Shown piece by piece: positions 27,021 to 38,100 of a stretch of DNA of 64,000 bases (positions within the stretch are counted from its first letter, which is position 1; every line of letters begins with the position of its first letter). The notes beneath the pieces were generated by a model. It worked only from the letters and a program-made list of their open reading frames with translations, did not search any database and was not told the DNA's origin. Source of the stretch: Eubacteriales bacterium (GTDB lineage Bacteria; Bacillota; Clostridia; Oscillospirales; CAG-272); contig JAZSMP010000347.1 of the NCBI GenBank assembly GCA_045535915.1, positions 24,368 to 88,367 on the forward strand, written 5' to 3'. A program made the position numbers and the translations under genes.

Positions 27021-28388
27021 ATGATAGAAATATCAAAAAAGTCTAATCTGCTTGAGCAGAAATCTTACAGATATCAGCTTCAGGACATTGACGAACCTAA
27101 TCTCTATCGCGAGATTTATACATATACTGAGATCCCTAAGGTACCTTTTAACCATCGAAGAGTTCCTCTGGGAATGCCCCATGATATCTGGATTACGGAT
27201 ACTTCTTTCAGAGACGGTATGCAATCTCAGGCACCGTATTCACCAAAGCAGATTGTTGATTTATATAAACTATTAAATAAGCTTGGTGGGTCTAACGGTA
27301 TAATCAGAGCTACAGAGTTTTTTGTCTATAGTGAAAACGATAGAAAAGCTTTGCACGCTTGTCAGGAACTTGGTTTGGAATTTCCCGAAATCACAACATG
27401 GATCAGAGCAAGTCTCGAAGATTTTAAGCTTGTAAAAGATCTTGGAATCAAAGAGACCGGCATTCTTGTTTCGTGTTCCGATTACCATATTTTCAAAAAG
27501 CTTGGTATGAGCAGGGGACAGGCAATGGAGCATTACCTTAAAACAATATCAGCTGCATTGGAAATGGGAATCAGACCTCGCTGTCATTTTGAAGATATAA
27601 CTCGAGCTGATTTCTATGGTTTCGTTGTGCCTTTTGTAAATGCAATACAGCAACTTTCAAGAGAGGCAGGAATCCCGGTTAAAATTCGTGCCTGCGATAC
27701 TATGGGCTACGGTGTACCTTACAGCGAGGTCGCACTTCCTCGAAGTGTACCCGGAATTATATACGGCTTACAGCATTATTCTGATGTTCCCAGTGAACAG
27801 CTCGAGTGGCACGGACACAATGATTTCTATAAGGGTGTTGCGAACGCAACGTGCGCTTGGCTGTTTGGCGCTTGTGCTGTGAACTGCTCACTTCTTGGCA
27901 TAGGTGAACGCACAGGAAATGTTCCGCTTGAAGCAATGGTGTTTGAGTATGCATCGCTCCGAGGTAGCCTTGACGGAATGGATCCGACGGTAATTACCGA
28001 GATCGCTGACTATTTCACAAAGGAAATGAATTATCACATTCCTCCCATGACGCCGTTTGTCGGCGAGGATTTTAACATGACTCGCGCAGGAATTCATGCC
28101 GACGGAATGCTCAAGGATGAAGAAATATACAACATTTTTGATACGGGAGCGATTCTTAACAGACCCGCGGGTGTTACTGTAAGCTCTACTTCTGGAGCAG
28201 CCGGTATCGCTTACTGGATCAACGCACACTATCGTCTTACAGGTGATGATATGGTATCTAAGAAAGATCCGCTTGTTGTTGAGATTAAGAAATGGGTTGA
28301 TGAACAGTACGCAAACGGACGTCAGACTGTAATTTCGACCGCTGAGCTTGAAAAGTTGATTGTTACATATAAAAAGGATGTTGAATGA
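27021..28388 (+). CDS. citrate (Re)-synthase candidate (isopropylmalate/homocitrate synthase family)
   Basis: HMGL-like TIM barrel with ITDTSFRDGMQSQ and WHGHNDFYKGVANA. No LeuA regulatory domain. First gene of an aconitase-IDH operon, the arrangement I recall for clostridial Re-citrate synthases. Confidence 0.7.
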   Translation: MIEISKKSNLLEQKSYRYQLQDIDEPNLYREIYTYTEIPKVPFNHRRVPLGMPHDIWITDTSFRDGMQSQAPYSPKQIVDLYKLLNKLGGSNGIIRATEFFVYSENDRKALHACQELGLEFPEITTWIRASLEDFKLVKDLGIKETGILVSCSDYHIFKKLGMSRGQAMEHYLKTISAALEMGIRPRCHFEDITRADFYGFVVPFVNAIQQLSREAGIPVKIRACDTMGYGVPYSEVALPRSVPGIIYGLQHYSDVPSEQLEWHGHNDFYKGVANATCAWLFGACAVNCSLLGIGERTGNVPLEAMVFEYASLRGSLDGMDPTVITEIADYFTKEMNYHIPPMTPFVGEDFNMTRAGIHADGMLKDEEIYNIFDTGAILNRPAGVTVSSTSGAAGIAYWINAHYRLTGDDMVSKKDPLVVEIKKWVDEQYANGRQTVISTAELEKLIVTYKKDVE

Positions 28389-28389
28389 T

Positions 28390-30321
28390 ATGAAAACGCC
28401 AAAAACTATAGCAGAAAAAATAATAGCTGCACACTTGGTTTCGGGTGATATGACACCGGGAAGTGAAATTTCCATTAAAATTGACAGAACGCTGACGCAA
28501 GATGCCACAGGTACTATGGCATATATTGAGTTTGAGGCAATGGGAATTGAAAGAGTTAAAACTGAACTATCTGTCGCCTACATCGATCATAATACTCTTC
28601 AGTCCGGATTTATGAATGCAGATGATCACAGATTCATCAGAACTGCTGCCGCTAAATACGGTATTCATTATTCAAGACCCGGCAATGGAATTTGCCATCA
28701 GGTAAATCTTGAAAGATTCGGAGTACCCGGTAAGACTCTGATAGGTTCAGATAGCCACACTCCCACAGCGGGAGGCATTGGAATGTTGGCATTCGGTGCC
28801 GGCGGTCTTGACGTTGCTGTTGCAATGGGTGGCGGAGCGTATTCAATGATCATGCCAAAAATGTTTAAGGTTAATCTTACAGGTAAGCTTTCACCCTGGG
28901 TTACAGCCAAAGACGTAAGCCTTGAGATACTCAGGATTTTGTCAGTAAAGGGTGGAGTTGGCGCTATCATAGAATGGGGAGGGGAAGGTGTTAAAACTCT
29001 TACCGTGCCTCAGAGAGCAACCATAACTAATATGGGTGCTGAGCTCGGAGCAACAACTTCTATATTCCCGTCGGATGAGACAACAAAGCTATTTCTTGCG
29101 GCACAGGGCAGAGAAGAAGATTATACTCCCGTATTTTCAGATGATGATGCCGAGTACGATAAGATTATAGACATTGACCTTTCAACTCTCGAGCCTATGG
29201 CTGCGTGTCCGCATTCACCCGATAACATAAAGAAGATAAGCGAGCTCGCCGGCACTCCCGTCTCGCAGGTATGTGTAGGATCTTGTACAAATTCTTCTTT
29301 GGCAGATATGATGACAGTTGCATCAGTTTTAAAAGGAAATACTGTTGCCCCTCATGTCAGTATGTCTGTATCGCCCGGTTCGAAGCAAGTACTCGCTATG
29401 CTTGCAGACTGTGGTGCATTAACTGACATTATTTCATCCGGTGCTCGTCTTCTTGAATGCGCTTGCGGTCCTTGTATCGGAATGGGATTTTCTCCCGAGT
29501 CCGGCGGACTTTCGCTCAGAACGTTCAACAGAAACTTTGAGGGCAGAAGCGGTACGAGAGATGCAGGAGTTTATCTGGTTTCTCCCGAGGTGGCTGCCGC
29601 GTCGGCTATTACCGGTGTTATAACAGATCCTCGCTCGCTCGGTGAATATCCTTCTTTTGAAATGCCCGATGAATTTCTTATTGATGACAGTGGAGTCATT
29701 CCTCCTCTTTCTCCCGATATAGCAAAAGATGCAGAAGTTCTTCGCGGTCCTAATATTAAGAGTTATCCCGAGACCGAGCCTTTAGCAGACACCATTGATG
29801 TTTCCGTTTCATTGAAGGTTGGAGATAATATTACGACAGACCACATTATGCCTGCGGGTGCGGCTGTACTTCCATACAGATCAAATATACCTAAGATGAG
29901 TGAATTCTGTTTCAACGTATGTGACAGTGACTTCCCCGTACGTGCTAAATCGCTTGGTAAGAGCATTATTGTCGGCGGTGTTAATTACGGACAAGGGTCG
30001 TCAAGAGAGCATGCAGCATTGGTTCCGCTCTATCTTGGTGTAAAAGCTGTTGTGGCTAAGAGTTTTGCCCGAATTCACAAAGATAATCTGATAAACGCCG
30101 GTATTCTTCCGTTGACTTTTACCGACCCTTCTGATTACGATAAGTTAAATGAAGGTGATGAGATTGTATTATCGGACCTTCATACGAGCATCAGAAACGG
30201 CAAATATTCATTAATTAATAAGAATTCCGATGCCGTAATAAAACTTGATTGCGTTCTGTCCGAACGACAAATCGAGATCGTGCTTGCCGGCGGTTTGATT
30301 GCTTTAACCGCAAAAGGCTAA
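28390..30321 (+). CDS. aconitate hydratase
   Basis: GSDSHTPTAGG, Fe-S ligand contexts CVGSCTNSS and CGPCIGMG, and swivel domain NYGQGSSREHAA. AAGGA lies 11 nt before ATG 28390; alternative starts at 28360 and 28378. Confidence 0.9.
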   Translation: MKTPKTIAEKIIAAHLVSGDMTPGSEISIKIDRTLTQDATGTMAYIEFEAMGIERVKTELSVAYIDHNTLQSGFMNADDHRFIRTAAAKYGIHYSRPGNGICHQVNLERFGVPGKTLIGSDSHTPTAGGIGMLAFGAGGLDVAVAMGGGAYSMIMPKMFKVNLTGKLSPWVTAKDVSLEILRILSVKGGVGAIIEWGGEGVKTLTVPQRATITNMGAELGATTSIFPSDETTKLFLAAQGREEDYTPVFSDDDAEYDKIIDIDLSTLEPMAACPHSPDNIKKISELAGTPVSQVCVGSCTNSSLADMMTVASVLKGNTVAPHVSMSVSPGSKQVLAMLADCGALTDIISSGARLLECACGPCIGMGFSPESGGLSLRTFNRNFEGRSGTRDAGVYLVSPEVAAASAITGVITDPRSLGEYPSFEMPDEFLIDDSGVIPPLSPDIAKDAEVLRGPNIKSYPETEPLADTIDVSVSLKVGDNITTDHIMPAGAAVLPYRSNIPKMSEFCFNVCDSDFPVRAKSLGKSIIVGGVNYGQGSSREHAALVPLYLGVKAVVAKSFARIHKDNLINAGILPLTFTDPSDYDKLNEGDEIVLSDLHTSIRNGKYSLINKNSDAVIKLDCVLSERQIEIVLAGGLIALTAKG

Positions 30322-30336
30322 AAATGAGGTGTAAAA

Positions 30337-31506
30337 ATGAATAACGAACTATATATTAAGAATTGTGTTGAGCAGTTTGAAGCCTTGCTCAAAGAACAGT
30401 ATCTGAGAGCAGATAAGATGAAAAACGCTCCTGCTGCTGTTGACTATGCGTCATTGGATAAAATAATCATCGGATGCTGCGGCGGAGACGGTATTGGTCC
30501 TATCATTACCGCTGAGGCGCGCAGAGTGCTTGAGTACTTGCTTAAAGATGCTGTCGCTTCCGGTAAGGTTGAACTCCGTGATATTGACGGTCTTACCATA
30601 GAAAACAGAATTGCTCATGATAAAGCTATCCCGGATGATGTCTTGGCAGAGATTAAAGAATGCCATGTACTTCTTAAAGGTCCGACAACAACTCCAAAGG
30701 GAGGAACGGGTGCTAAGGAACTCGAAAGTGCCAACGTAGCAATGCGTCGCGAACTCGACCTCTTTGCAAATGTTCGTCCGGTTACTATTCCTGAAGAGGG
30801 CGTTGATTGGACGTTCTTCCGTGAGAACACTGAAGGTGAGTACGTGCTCGGCAGCCGAGGTGTTGAAATTCCTGAATATCTTTGCTGTGATTTCAAGGTT
30901 ACTACTGATGCAGGCTGTGAGCGAATAGCTCGTATGGCGTTTGATTTCGCAGTGAAGAACGGTAAGACGAATATTGCTGTTGTAACCAAAGCTAATATTA
31001 TGAAGAAAACCGACGGTAAATTTGCGCGTATCGCACGTGAAATTGCCGCATCCGAATATCCGACTCTTACAGTAGAAGATTGGTATATCGATATTATGAC
31101 AGCCAAGCTTGTTGACACAAGAGGCAGATCTGATTTCCAAGTATTCTTACTTCCTAATCTTTACGGAGATATTATTACCGACGAAGCGGCACAGCTTCAG
31201 GGCGGAGTAGGCACCGCAGGTAGCGCAAATATCGGTAACAGATATGCTATGTTTGAGGCTATTCACGGTTCGGCGCCCAGAATGATTGAAAGAGGCGACG
31301 GGGATTATGCGAATCCTTCGAGCATGTTGAGAGCTGCAGAGTTGCTTCTAAAGCACATAGGTTATACTGCTGAAGCTACAAAGCTCGGAAAAGCGCTTGA
31401 TATTTGCACTGCTCCTGATGCAAAACTAAAGATTACCGGAAGAAAAGATGGGGCTTCCTGTAAAGAATTCGGTGATTACGTTATGAATGTTTGTGAAAAC
31501 TTATAG
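30337..31506 (+). CDS. isocitrate dehydrogenase (isocitrate/isopropylmalate dehydrogenase family)
   Basis: NLYGDIITDEAAQLQGGVGTAGSANIG and EAIHGSAPR. Operon context with citrate synthase and aconitase. Confidence 0.85.
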   Translation: MNNELYIKNCVEQFEALLKEQYLRADKMKNAPAAVDYASLDKIIIGCCGGDGIGPIITAEARRVLEYLLKDAVASGKVELRDIDGLTIENRIAHDKAIPDDVLAEIKECHVLLKGPTTTPKGGTGAKELESANVAMRRELDLFANVRPVTIPEEGVDWTFFRENTEGEYVLGSRGVEIPEYLCCDFKVTTDAGCERIARMAFDFAVKNGKTNIAVVTKANIMKKTDGKFARIAREIAASEYPTLTVEDWYIDIMTAKLVDTRGRSDFQVFLLPNLYGDIITDEAAQLQGGVGTAGSANIGNRYAMFEAIHGSAPRMIERGDGDYANPSSMLRAAELLLKHIGYTAEATKLGKALDICTAPDAKLKITGRKDGASCKEFGDYVMNVCENL

Positions 31507-31548
31507 AAATAAAGCCTTTGGCGCAATAGCGCCAAAGGCTTTATTTCT
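31505..31548. terminator. bidirectional terminator (icd / addA)
   Basis: AGAAATAAAGCCTTTGGCGC-aata-GCGCCAAAGGCTTTATTTCT, a 20-bp perfect stem touching both stop codons. Confidence 0.9.
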
Positions 31549-34500
31549 ATAAATCAATTTCGAAAGTATCACCGTAAGCTAATGAATAAATATAAATTTT
31601 ATCAGGTTTACGTCCGAAAATGGCATTGACCGCATACGAATAATACTTAAGCTGTTGCTTGTGCGAAGATTCCAGCATTTTTTTGATTTCCGTAGGATCA
31701 TCCTTGATTTCTCGGGGAATGCGGTCTGTTTTGTAATCGCATAGGATCAGTTGATCTTCTTGGTTGATATAACATAAATCAATAACACCTTGGACTAGTA
31801 TTTCATGATCACTATATGATTCCTTTAACAGTCTATCTGTAGTAAATTCGGAAGCCGGGAGAAAAACATTGAATCTTAGTTCTCTGTGAATTTGTTTGGC
31901 GTGAATGATGTTGTCAAACAGTCTGCTTTTAGTAAAATTCAATATTTCATTGACACGTATCAATTTTGCTACATCATCTGAGAGATATTTTTCGCAAATT
32001 AGTCTTCCAATCTCTTGCATAATGGAATCGTGCGAGGGGCAAAGATTACTCATATTACAAAACTGCAGGAACAAATGAGTAGCAGTTCCGCGTTCCGCCG
32101 CACCTATCTTTTCTTCTAAAAAGCGGGGCTTCTTGTTTTCAAGATTTTTAACTTTAGCATCTATGCTTTCAATATCAGTATCTTCATTTAAGAGTCCCGG
32201 GTACAATTTTGAAACAGTAACTTTAGCAGGAATTCCCGAAAAATCATCGTAAGGATATTTGAAAGAAAGCGATGGCCTGAGTTTGTCGCAAATTTGATCG
32301 ACTTTTTCATTGTTGATGAATCTTTCTGTATTTTCGGATGGCGAGTCAGTGGGTTGCTCGGAAATTGCAGGTATATCGACTACATATGATGAACTCAGTT
32401 TGTCCGATGAAAGAGCTATTAGGATTCTGTCTATCCAACGCGGCGAAGACTGTATTCCGTATCTGCCGCCGATATCAGATATCTTCATTGCATGGGAAAG
32501 TTTTTTTTCAACATAACCTTCTTTGCCGGAAGCTACGATATATAAATTATCTCTGGCTCGAGTTAAAGCAACATACAGAATTCGTATTTCCTCATCTGAA
32601 GAGGTTTCTGATAATCTATTGGCGATGGTAAGCCTGAAAGGTGTATCGATCTGTGCATTTCCCGAACTGTCGGAAATTTTGCATGCAATTCCAAGGTCAT
32701 CGGTTGTCGAAAATACAATTGGTTTTCTTGAATCTTGTTCACTCTGGGATTTGTTCGTTCCGGTCAAAAAGACTATTGGAAACTCGAGCCCCTTTGATTT
32801 GTGTACGGTCATTATTCTGACTGTATTTTCTGAGTAAGAATCCTCTTCTGTAATTTTGGTACCTTTATCAATGATTCCATTGATAAAATCAATGAATTCG
32901 TGCAATCCTTTGAATGAAGATGATTCGAATTTCCTTGCATACTCGTAAAATTTTCTCAGATTGCGTCTTCTTTCGATTGGTGTGCGCTTTATTGATTGAA
33001 TATCAGAACCTGCATAAGACAATGCGTTTATATCATTCCAAAGGTATCTCATGAAGAGATGAACCGGTTTGGCTTCTGCCACTTTCCTGTATTCATTCAA
33101 TTTATTTATTGCGCTAATGCATTTTGACTTAAGAAGTTTGTCAGCATCGTCTGACATGGAAAAATCCGTTAAAGCATCAAACAGAGACATGTTAATTCTA
33201 CCAATACGTATATTGATAAGATCTGACATGCTGAATCCGAAAACAGGCGATCTTAAGGCCCCCGCAAGAGGTATGTCTCTCTGTGGATTGTCCGAAGCCG
33301 TGAGAAGACACAGCATAAGAAGTACTTCCGGATTTTCAAACAGATCGTTTCCGGTGCTGTTTGCTCTTGGAATCCCAGCTTTTGCCAAGGCGTCCGCCAT
33401 TTTGGTAGATTCCTTGTTAGAACGTGTTAAAATTGCTATATCGCCGTGTACAATCGGTGTTCCGTCTGACTTTTTGCCTTCATTGAGTAATCTTTGAATT
33501 TCAGATATTACATAGCCGGCTTCGATATTATCGTCAGCCGCGTCTACGCTGTTCTCGAGCAAAACCACTTTTACCTTTTCATTGCTGAACGGAGGCTGTC
33601 TTGATGCAATCAAATCATCTTCGGCTATATATCCGATTCCTCCGGTTTTACTTTCCGATTCTCTGAAAAGATACGAACAAACAGTATTTGTAAACGCGAT
33701 TATATTGGGAGAACAACGGAAATTTTCTGACATGAACACTGAAATCGGAGTTGATGAATCATCATTTGCTGAATCGGCAGGAAGGTATTGCCTTCTGTAT
33801 TTTGCAAATACAGAAGGTTCTGCACCTCTGAATGAATAAATGCTTTGTTTTATGTCACCAACAAAGAACAAATTCTTTCCATTTGAAATGGCATTGAATA
33901 TTTGATCCTGCAGAGAATCGGTATCCTGATACTCATCCACAAATATATGATCGTAATTCAGCTGTTCTTCTTTTGCTAAATCGGTAGGATTACCGTTGTT
34001 GTCGATCAAAAGGGTGCGCGCAAATGTTCGTAAATCCGAGAATTCGCAGATCTTTCTGCCTGATTTCTCATTTGCGTATGCTTGAAGATAATCATCTATG
34101 ATTTCTTTTGTTTTTAAACAAAAATTTCTGGTGATCCTGCAAAATTGCGGAATATCATCGGGGTGTGCAGCGAATTCCCGGTTTTTGATTTCGTTTATCC
34201 TATCTTTGATAGCGTTACGTTCCTCTTTAACATGTTCCGTAACTTCATTTTTTGAATCTTGAGAGATTCTTCCTAAAGTTGTTGCTTTGTAATCGCAAAT
34301 CAGATTTCTTGAATTTTCGTAATTTCGATCTTTAAAGGAAGAAAATAGAGCTGAAAGAAAATCTCTGTCTGAGGAAACCGCTTTAGCATAAGGAGCAACC
34401 GAAGCATCTGTATCAATTATTCGCAATAGACGGTCGCATCTTTTAATCATATCCGATATTTCATCTTCGAAAGAAATCAGCATGCAATTGCCAATTTCTG

Positions 34501-35119
34501 TTTTGAAAAAATCCATACCGCATGAATTAGAATATTTGTCCGCGCATTTTCTTAAATACTCAGTTCCTTCCGGGAGGGAACTGAGTTTATATGCAAGATC
34601 TAAAAGCTGTTCGGACAGTTTGTACTCGCCTTTAGCTGTGGTGATCTGATCTGCGTATTTGATGAATTCCATATCTGTCTCATATCGCCTGTTAATTACA
34701 GATTCCATTACTTCATTCCTTAACAGCATCAGTTCGGTTTCATCAGCCAATCTGAAGGAAGCCGGAAGGTTCAGACGTTGGAAGTTTGATTTAACCAGAT
34801 CAAGATAATATGAATCTATCGTGCAAATTTTTGATCCACCCAAATTTGTAAGTTGTTTGGCTATATGTCTGTTGGTTGGATCATTAGCTAAAGCTTGGGA
34901 CAGAGCTTTTGATATACGAGTTCTTAATTCGCCCGCCGCAGCTCTTGTGAACGTTACGATAAGCATCTTACTTATGTCAGACGGATTGTTTTTGTCTGTA
35001 AGTAATTGAATTATTCGCTCAGTTAATGTAGCGGTTTTCCCTGAACCGGCAGCAGCCGACACAAGTATATTTCTTCCACGCAAATCAATAGCAAGTTTTT
35101 GTGACTTGGTAAATTCCAT
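31547..35119 (-). CDS. addA: ATP-dependent helicase/nuclease subunit A
   Basis: UvrD-type helicase (SAAAGSGKTATLTERI, VDEYQDT) plus a C-terminal PD-(D/E)XK nuclease (QGVIDLCY...CDYKTD); 1190 aa. Confidence 0.9.
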   Translation of the reverse strand: MEFTKSQKLAIDLRGRNILVSAAAGSGKTATLTERIIQLLTDKNNPSDISKMLIVTFTRAAAGELRTRISKALSQALANDPTNRHIAKQLTNLGGSKICTIDSYYLDLVKSNFQRLNLPASFRLADETELMLLRNEVMESVINRRYETDMEFIKYADQITTAKGEYKLSEQLLDLAYKLSSLPEGTEYLRKCADKYSNSCGMDFFKTEIGNCMLISFEDEISDMIKRCDRLLRIIDTDASVAPYAKAVSSDRDFLSALFSSFKDRNYENSRNLICDYKATTLGRISQDSKNEVTEHVKEERNAIKDRINEIKNREFAAHPDDIPQFCRITRNFCLKTKEIIDDYLQAYANEKSGRKICEFSDLRTFARTLLIDNNGNPTDLAKEEQLNYDHIFVDEYQDTDSLQDQIFNAISNGKNLFFVGDIKQSIYSFRGAEPSVFAKYRRQYLPADSANDDSSTPISVFMSENFRCSPNIIAFTNTVCSYLFRESESKTGGIGYIAEDDLIASRQPPFSNEKVKVVLLENSVDAADDNIEAGYVISEIQRLLNEGKKSDGTPIVHGDIAILTRSNKESTKMADALAKAGIPRANSTGNDLFENPEVLLMLCLLTASDNPQRDIPLAGALRSPVFGFSMSDLINIRIGRINMSLFDALTDFSMSDDADKLLKSKCISAINKLNEYRKVAEAKPVHLFMRYLWNDINALSYAGSDIQSIKRTPIERRRNLRKFYEYARKFESSSFKGLHEFIDFINGIIDKGTKITEEDSYSENTVRIMTVHKSKGLEFPIVFLTGTNKSQSEQDSRKPIVFSTTDDLGIACKISDSSGNAQIDTPFRLTIANRLSETSSDEEIRILYVALTRARDNLYIVASGKEGYVEKKLSHAMKISDIGGRYGIQSSPRWIDRILIALSSDKLSSSYVVDIPAISEQPTDSPSENTERFINNEKVDQICDKLRPSLSFKYPYDDFSGIPAKVTVSKLYPGLLNEDTDIESIDAKVKNLENKKPRFLEEKIGAAERGTATHLFLQFCNMSNLCPSHDSIMQEIGRLICEKYLSDDVAKLIRVNEILNFTKSRLFDNIIHAKQIHRELRFNVFLPASEFTTDRLLKESYSDHEILVQGVIDLCYINQEDQLILCDYKTDRIPREIKDDPTEIKKMLESSHKQQLKYYSYAVNAIFGRKPDKIYIYSLAYGDTFEIDL

Positions 35120-35125
35120 TATATA

Positions 35126-38100
35126 TCACCCGTTATTATTTTGTGATGTTCTGCAGATCGAGCCGTATCTGCAATATTTGCACGGATCTTCGCCGGTTTT
35201 AGGTTTTGCGTTAATGTTTCCAGAAAGGATTTCTTCTCCGATTTCACGCAGTATATTACAGACTTGATCATAAATAAGCGAAAACGATTGCTGATCTATA
35301 AACGAGTTTTTTCTTGGTGATCTCATAAGATATTTGTCGTTTCCAGATCTGCTTACCGCACTGATTACCTCGTCATCATTCAGTATTAACCCGGTGCGTT
35401 TTATATCTGATTGGTGTGCGTTATCATTGAGACTTGACACCTTGCGCTTGCCTGTATCAAGAGAAAGATAAGTAATACCGGCTGCAACAGGGTCTCCGTC
35501 GAAAATTCTTCTGAGCTCCGATATGTTGCCCTTTGTCAAAGAGAAGATATAGAGAAGCATCTGCAAATTGAGCCCTTCCTGTATATCTGAAATCGAAAAG
35601 GTTTTATTGCCGGTTTTATAATCTATTACCCTGATGTAAGCTTTTCCGTTTGCTCTGTATACATCTACACGGTCAATGATGCCGTTAATTGAGATGTTTG
35701 TTCCGTTTTCTAATGTGATCTTCACAGAAGGTATTTCTTTCGTACCTATGCGCATTTCAAAAAATTCAGGACTGAAACTGCTGTCGGAAAGTTCATTTAA
35801 TAGATCATTGATAATTATTACCGAAGATGACTTCAACCTGCCAATTAAATGCAGCAATCTCGCATTTTTGCTCTTGTCGTCAGGTACAAGATCTGAAATA
35901 TAATTATCAATAATCTCATTAATTATAGCTTCCATCTCTGTTTGATCGGGAACGTTTCCGCCATTAACAATATACACACGATACAAAAACTTTTCAAGCA
36001 CGTGATGTATAAATGTTCCCATATTGCTGAAGGAAAATTCAGCTTTTTTGCCATCGTCAAGTCGCAATTGATACTTGCATGAAAATGCAAATCTGCAATT
36101 CACGAACGCTTCCGCTTTTGATTGAGTAAGTGAGAGCTCAGGACCGGTAATTTTCTGAATAATATTATTGTCTAAACTGTCGTTTTCTGCTGAAATCGGT
36201 ATAAGCTCTTTGTTACTGTACGAATTGTCAAATTCGCTAAGAAGCTTCTTCAGAGCATGTCCTTCTTCGGTATGGGCGAGCAAAGGCGCATACTCGGAGA
36301 CAGCTTTAACAGATTTCAAGCGATGTAGGAGAAGAGAAGCGGTATCTTGGATTATACAATTTGGAAATATGCTTAAAAGCCTTGTGAATGCTATGGAGGG
36401 TTCAGAGTCGCTTCTTGTGAATATGATAAGCTTTTCGGAAGGCGATGCAACTGCACGGCGAAAATAATATAGTTCATCGGAAGCCGATGTTTCTCTGTTG
36501 CCCGAGAGCGGAATGCCATGATTGATAAGGATTTCTCTGTCGTTGCTACTGAATAAACCGCTGTCATCGGCAGCTGCAGGAAACTCCCCGTCACAAGCTC
36601 CTAAAATAATTGTGCACTTTATATTGTCAGTTCTCAAGAGATCAGCCGATCCTAATATAATTTCATCCTGCGAAGTCGGTATTGAACCGAGGTTGCTTTC
36701 TGAGAACGCAACCCGTAAAGCTGTTGCAAAGATATTGATATCGGGTTTCTCTTCTTCTGAAAGAGACTCACAGACACAGTCAAGTGAGTCTAATGCAATT
36801 TCAAACATTCGCGCGCAGTCAGAAGCGTCTCGCAGGTTTCCTTTGGAAAGATATTCTGAAGCAAGTACTTGCATAGTTCTTCTAACTTCCAGATCTTCAA
36901 GATAATCCATTGTTGCGATACACATCTCTCTATAGCTTTGCGCACCTTTTAGCTTTGAGGTGTATACTTTAAGTCCTCCTATCAGTTGTTCGCGGACTTT
37001 GTTAGCTGTTTCTAAAATGACGGCCCCGCGTTCTGTTCGAGTAGTTGTATATCCGTCGGGATTCATATTCCAGGGTTGATCATTCAAAAAAGCCTTTCCG
37101 GAGATATTCCATTTTGCTGTATAACACTCGAAGATATCAGCATCATGTGTTGAAATACCGCAAAGCCCTGTCTTTAAGTGTGCTATTACGTCGTTTCTTC
37201 GCCAACCATGAGTAATTACTTTAATAGCAGATAGGATGAATTTTGCAATCGGTGAAATGCTTAAATCTACTTTTTCGGAGATAAAGTATTTCAAAGTCAT
37301 GTTGTCTAAAGCAGGTTCGATGATTCCTCTGTATTTATCAATATTGCGTGCAATTATTGCAATCTCATTGTATCTGTAACCGTTCTCGATCAGTTCCTTG
37401 GCTTTAGCAGCGGCAAATTCGCATTCGTCATATATATCAGCGGCTTTAAATAATTCAATTGGATCGTAACAAGAAACATCCGTAGCGGATTTATCCGATC
37501 TATCCATAACCCATAATTCAGAAGATAATATATCCAGAATGACGGATTTAGCTCTGTAGTTCGTATGCAATTGAATCGTAGCTGCTTTTCTGCCGATTGA
37601 TGCGCAGTCTCTGCGCAATCTGTCAGAGCATTCTTTTATAGAAATGGTATCGATGCCGTTATAAGAAGGCGAGGGAATTCCCAAAGAAATATACAGATTA
37701 TCTGCTTGACGCATCATCTCGAGGATGATATTATGTTCAAGGCCTGTAAAGTTTGTGAAGCCGTCAATATATATATTGACTCCTTCAAGGCAAGAACGGG
37801 ATTTAAGTAAAGATGATAATCTTGCAAGTTCGCAGTTCGTGTCAGTGAATTTTTCACTTAACAATGAATTATATATTGAGCAAATTGCCGTAATATCTTT
37901 GATCTTAGAAGAAAGAATATGGTTGCTGCAAATATCGGCTGCGTGTTCTATCTGTTCCATAGAAATGCCTGTTGCAGAGAGTTCTTTGTATGTAGCAAGC
38001 ATTGCATCCGTTAGTGTGTAATCTTCTGATGAGATGATTTTATATTCACGTAAAAAAGGAAGTGCCGTTCTGATTGCACGCCACATAATCAGTTTTTCGT

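Noticed and set aside
27888-28508. 206-aa minus-strand ORF spanning the citrate synthase/aconitase junction
   Set aside because: It is antisense to two strongly supported genes, has no recognisable motifs and crosses their boundary, so it is a shadow ORF.
30451-31140. 229-aa and 167-aa minus-strand ORFs inside the isocitrate dehydrogenase gene
   Set aside because: Both are antisense to a conserved enzyme gene, their composition is typical of reverse-frame translation, and there is no start context.
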